Below, piece by piece: positions 36,917 to 38,438 of a DNA stretch of 38,438 bases. How positions within the stretch are numbered: the first letter of the stretch is position 1; every line of letters starts with the position of its first letter. The stretch spans positions 1 through 38,438 of the forward strand of contig JAFGDB010000030.1 in assembly GCA_016932355.1 (NCBI GenBank), written 5' to 3'. Under the pieces are notes generated by a model, which saw nothing but the letters and a program-made list of their open reading frames with translations, made no database searches and had not been told where the DNA came from. The translations under genes and the position numbers were made by a program. Source of the DNA: Candidatus Iainarchaeum sp. GTDB lineage: Archaea; Iainarchaeota; Iainarchaeia; Iainarchaeales; GCA-2688035.

Positions 36917-37237
36917 AGACCACTTTTCAAGGCTTTCTTTTTCGGCTTTTTTTTTATTCCTGATTTATTCTTTCTTTCCCAAGGCTTTCCTTTGGTCAAA
37001 GAAAGGCTTTTCACTTTATTACTCTGCCTAATTAATTTCTATGGCATCTTCTATATTAACCTTTATATCAAGGCATTTTTTTCCCTTCTGGAAAAACCAC
37101 AATAAAAAAAGGGCAAACTAATATATTAAAGTAATTATTGCAGCGCCCCAGCTTCAAACAGGTATTTTTGGGTTTCTATTTCATTGATAGAAACGATTAT
37201 TAAGAACTTTAATTATGTTTATAGCGGTGAATCTTCT
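36917..37237. promoter_or_regulatory. AT-rich divergent promoter region between G4 and the PAC2 gene
   Basis: About 320 bp with no credible ORF, several TATA-like boxes, AATTAATT at 37030-37037 and GGTGA RBS at 37226-37230. Confidence 0.55.
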
Positions 37238-37996
37238 GTGGCATTTCAGGACTCGGCTATTGAGTTTGTTGAAATAAGGCCAATGAACCTTTCAGGATAC
37301 ACCCTGATTGAGGGCTTTCCGGGAATGGGCCTGGTTGGGACAATTGCAACCAAGTATTTGAGCGAGAAGCTCAACCTGCAGGAAATCGGCTACCTTGACT
37401 CTGACATGTTTATGCCAATCATAAGGGTTCATGACGGCCTGCCTGTGCACCCCACGAGAATTTACGTTGACGACAAAAAGAGGATTGTGCTGCTTGTTTC
37501 AGAGCAGATTGTTCCGCAGGTTTTCACTGACAAGCTGGGAAAGGCAATTGTTGACTGGATCCAGAAGAAGAAAATAAAGCGGGTAATCAGCTTAAGCGGC
37601 ATAAGGGCTTTGCCTGCCAGAGAGGGCAAGCAGAGGGTTTACGGAATTGCCTCTGACAACGGAAGCAAGAAAATGCTCAACGATTTCAATATTGAGGTAA
37701 TAAAGGAGGGCATTACAAGCGGCATTACTGCCTTGATGATGCTTGAGTTCAAGGACCGCTCCATAGAGGCGTTCAGCCTTTTGGGCAATGTGCAGATTGC
37801 CGCAGACTACAAGGCTGCCGCTGCCCTGATTGAAAAGCTGAATGAAATGCTTGGCCTTAGCATTGATGTTGCGCCACTCCAAAAAGAGGCAAAGGAAACT
37901 GAGAAGGCCCTGCTTGAGCACATCAAAAAGCTGAAGCAGGTCACTGACAATGCCCAGCGCTTTGAAAGCCAGCCCCAGACCCCAATGTACACCTGA
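37238..37996 (+). CDS. PAC2-family proteasome assembly chaperone (PbaA/PbaB-like), about 252 aa
   Basis: LIEGFPGMGLVGTIATKYL, P.RIY, SEQIVP, ISLSG and GITSGITALM motifs. C-terminal MYT fits the HbYX proteasome-binding motif. GTG at 37238 with GGTGA RBS is preferred over TTG 37184. Confidence 0.92.
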   Translation: MAFQDSAIEFVEIRPMNLSGYTLIEGFPGMGLVGTIATKYLSEKLNLQEIGYLDSDMFMPIIRVHDGLPVHPTRIYVDDKKRIVLLVSEQIVPQVFTDKLGKAIVDWIQKKKIKRVISLSGIRALPAREGKQRVYGIASDNGSKKMLNDFNIEVIKEGITSGITALMMLEFKDRSIEAFSLLGNVQIAADYKAAAALIEKLNEMLGLSIDVAPLQKEAKETEKALLEHIKKLKQVTDNAQRFESQPQTPMYT

Positions 37997-38082
37997 ACCA
38001 AGCCATTGGAAAATAGCCCTATTTTTTCCTGAGCAGAAAGGATTAAAAACATGGAAAGCCAAGACTTATTTGAGGTCATGGA

Positions 38083-38438
38083 ATGCCAAGGGCAAGAGCA
38101 CAGGAAAGAAGGCCGCCTGTTCAGGCAGCTGCAGAGCACGCTGCAGGCCATGCGCCAGCGCCTTTGGTTGATTTCAGCCTGCTTGACAGGGCAATTGCCC
38201 AAAGACTTGAGGAAGCCGAAAAATATATGGGCAAATTCCATGCAATTCCCTCTGTTAAGAGGGCATCAAAGGCAAAGCTCATTAGGTCTGGCCTGTTTAA
38301 GCCAGGCTGGGGCGGCTGGGATATAGCGCATCCTGTCAGGCTTTTTGGAAAAATTGCCACTTCCAAACTCGGAAAGGTTGAAAAGACTGATGAAGGAAGG
38401 GTGCTTAACCAGCCAGGGCGGTTTGCTGCCAAGAGTGA
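38083..38438 (+). CDS. Hypothetical protein, 5' part only, runs off the window (MPRARAQERRPPVQAAAEHAAG...)
   Basis: Not in the ORF track because it has no stop. ATG at 38083 with GAGGT RBS at 38072-38076, open for 118 codons to the window end. Codon usage (GCA/AGG/CTT/AAG) matches the real genes. Confidence 0.7.
   Translation, partial: MPRARAQERRPPVQAAAEHAAGHAPAPLVDFSLLDRAIAQRLEEAEKYMGKFHAIPSVKRASKAKLIRSGLFKPGWGGWDIAHPVRLFGKIATSKLGKVEKTDEGRVLNQPGRFAAKS

Noticed and set aside
36929..37010. AAGGCTTT repeated three times upstream of G4
   Set aside because: Short, irregularly spaced, and a common word in this sequence.
38051..38326. 91-aa plus-strand ORF
   Set aside because: The overlapping frame from 38083 has a better RBS and codon usage and stays open to the window end.
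1..38438. Prophage, integrase/transposase, tRNA or rRNA genes
   Set aside because: None recognisable by eye. The intergenic gaps are short and lack cloverleaf or T-loop motifs.

Overview
Archaeal DNA, judged from TATA-like boxes, GGTGA/GAGG ribosome-binding sites, a PAC2-family proteasome chaperone gene and a class III signal peptide. A DPANN lineage such as Ca. Iainarchaeota/Diapherotrites is my best guess, but that is inference and not a database result. About 81% of the window is four paralogous giant minus-strand genes: G1 2495 aa, G2 2401 aa, G3 2654 aa and G4 about 2820 aa. All four share an N-terminal Y..lE[DE]K[WY]Y..lD..PsF leader plus one transmembrane anchor, a long stalk of carboxypeptidase-regulatory/Ig-like beta-sandwich repeats and a Cys-containing distal core with a CDAxQ motif. 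Each carries a different payload. G1 has a Cys-bracketed Ala/Gly helical hairpin with hydrophobic ends, G2 a glycine-zipper segment and G3 Tyr/Gly/Gln low-complexity segments; these three sit in the same loop. G4 instead has a C-terminal helical region with hydrophobic segments and a lysozyme/SLT-like tip. On the same strand are a Cys-rich type IV pilin-like gene, an RHH/PemK toxin-antitoxin pair (toxin frameshifted in an A run) and five small membrane-protein genes, at least three of them paralogous. I propose that the locus encodes a multi-subunit cell-contact or host-envelope-penetrating apparatus. This is a hypothesis from reading the sequence only. Non-coding features include a 31-bp duplication of the G1 3' end flanking hairpins, a TA operator palindrome and a recurrent AATTAATT motif. 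The flanks are a coiled-coil hypothetical gene, a PAC2 gene and an ORF truncated by the window end.
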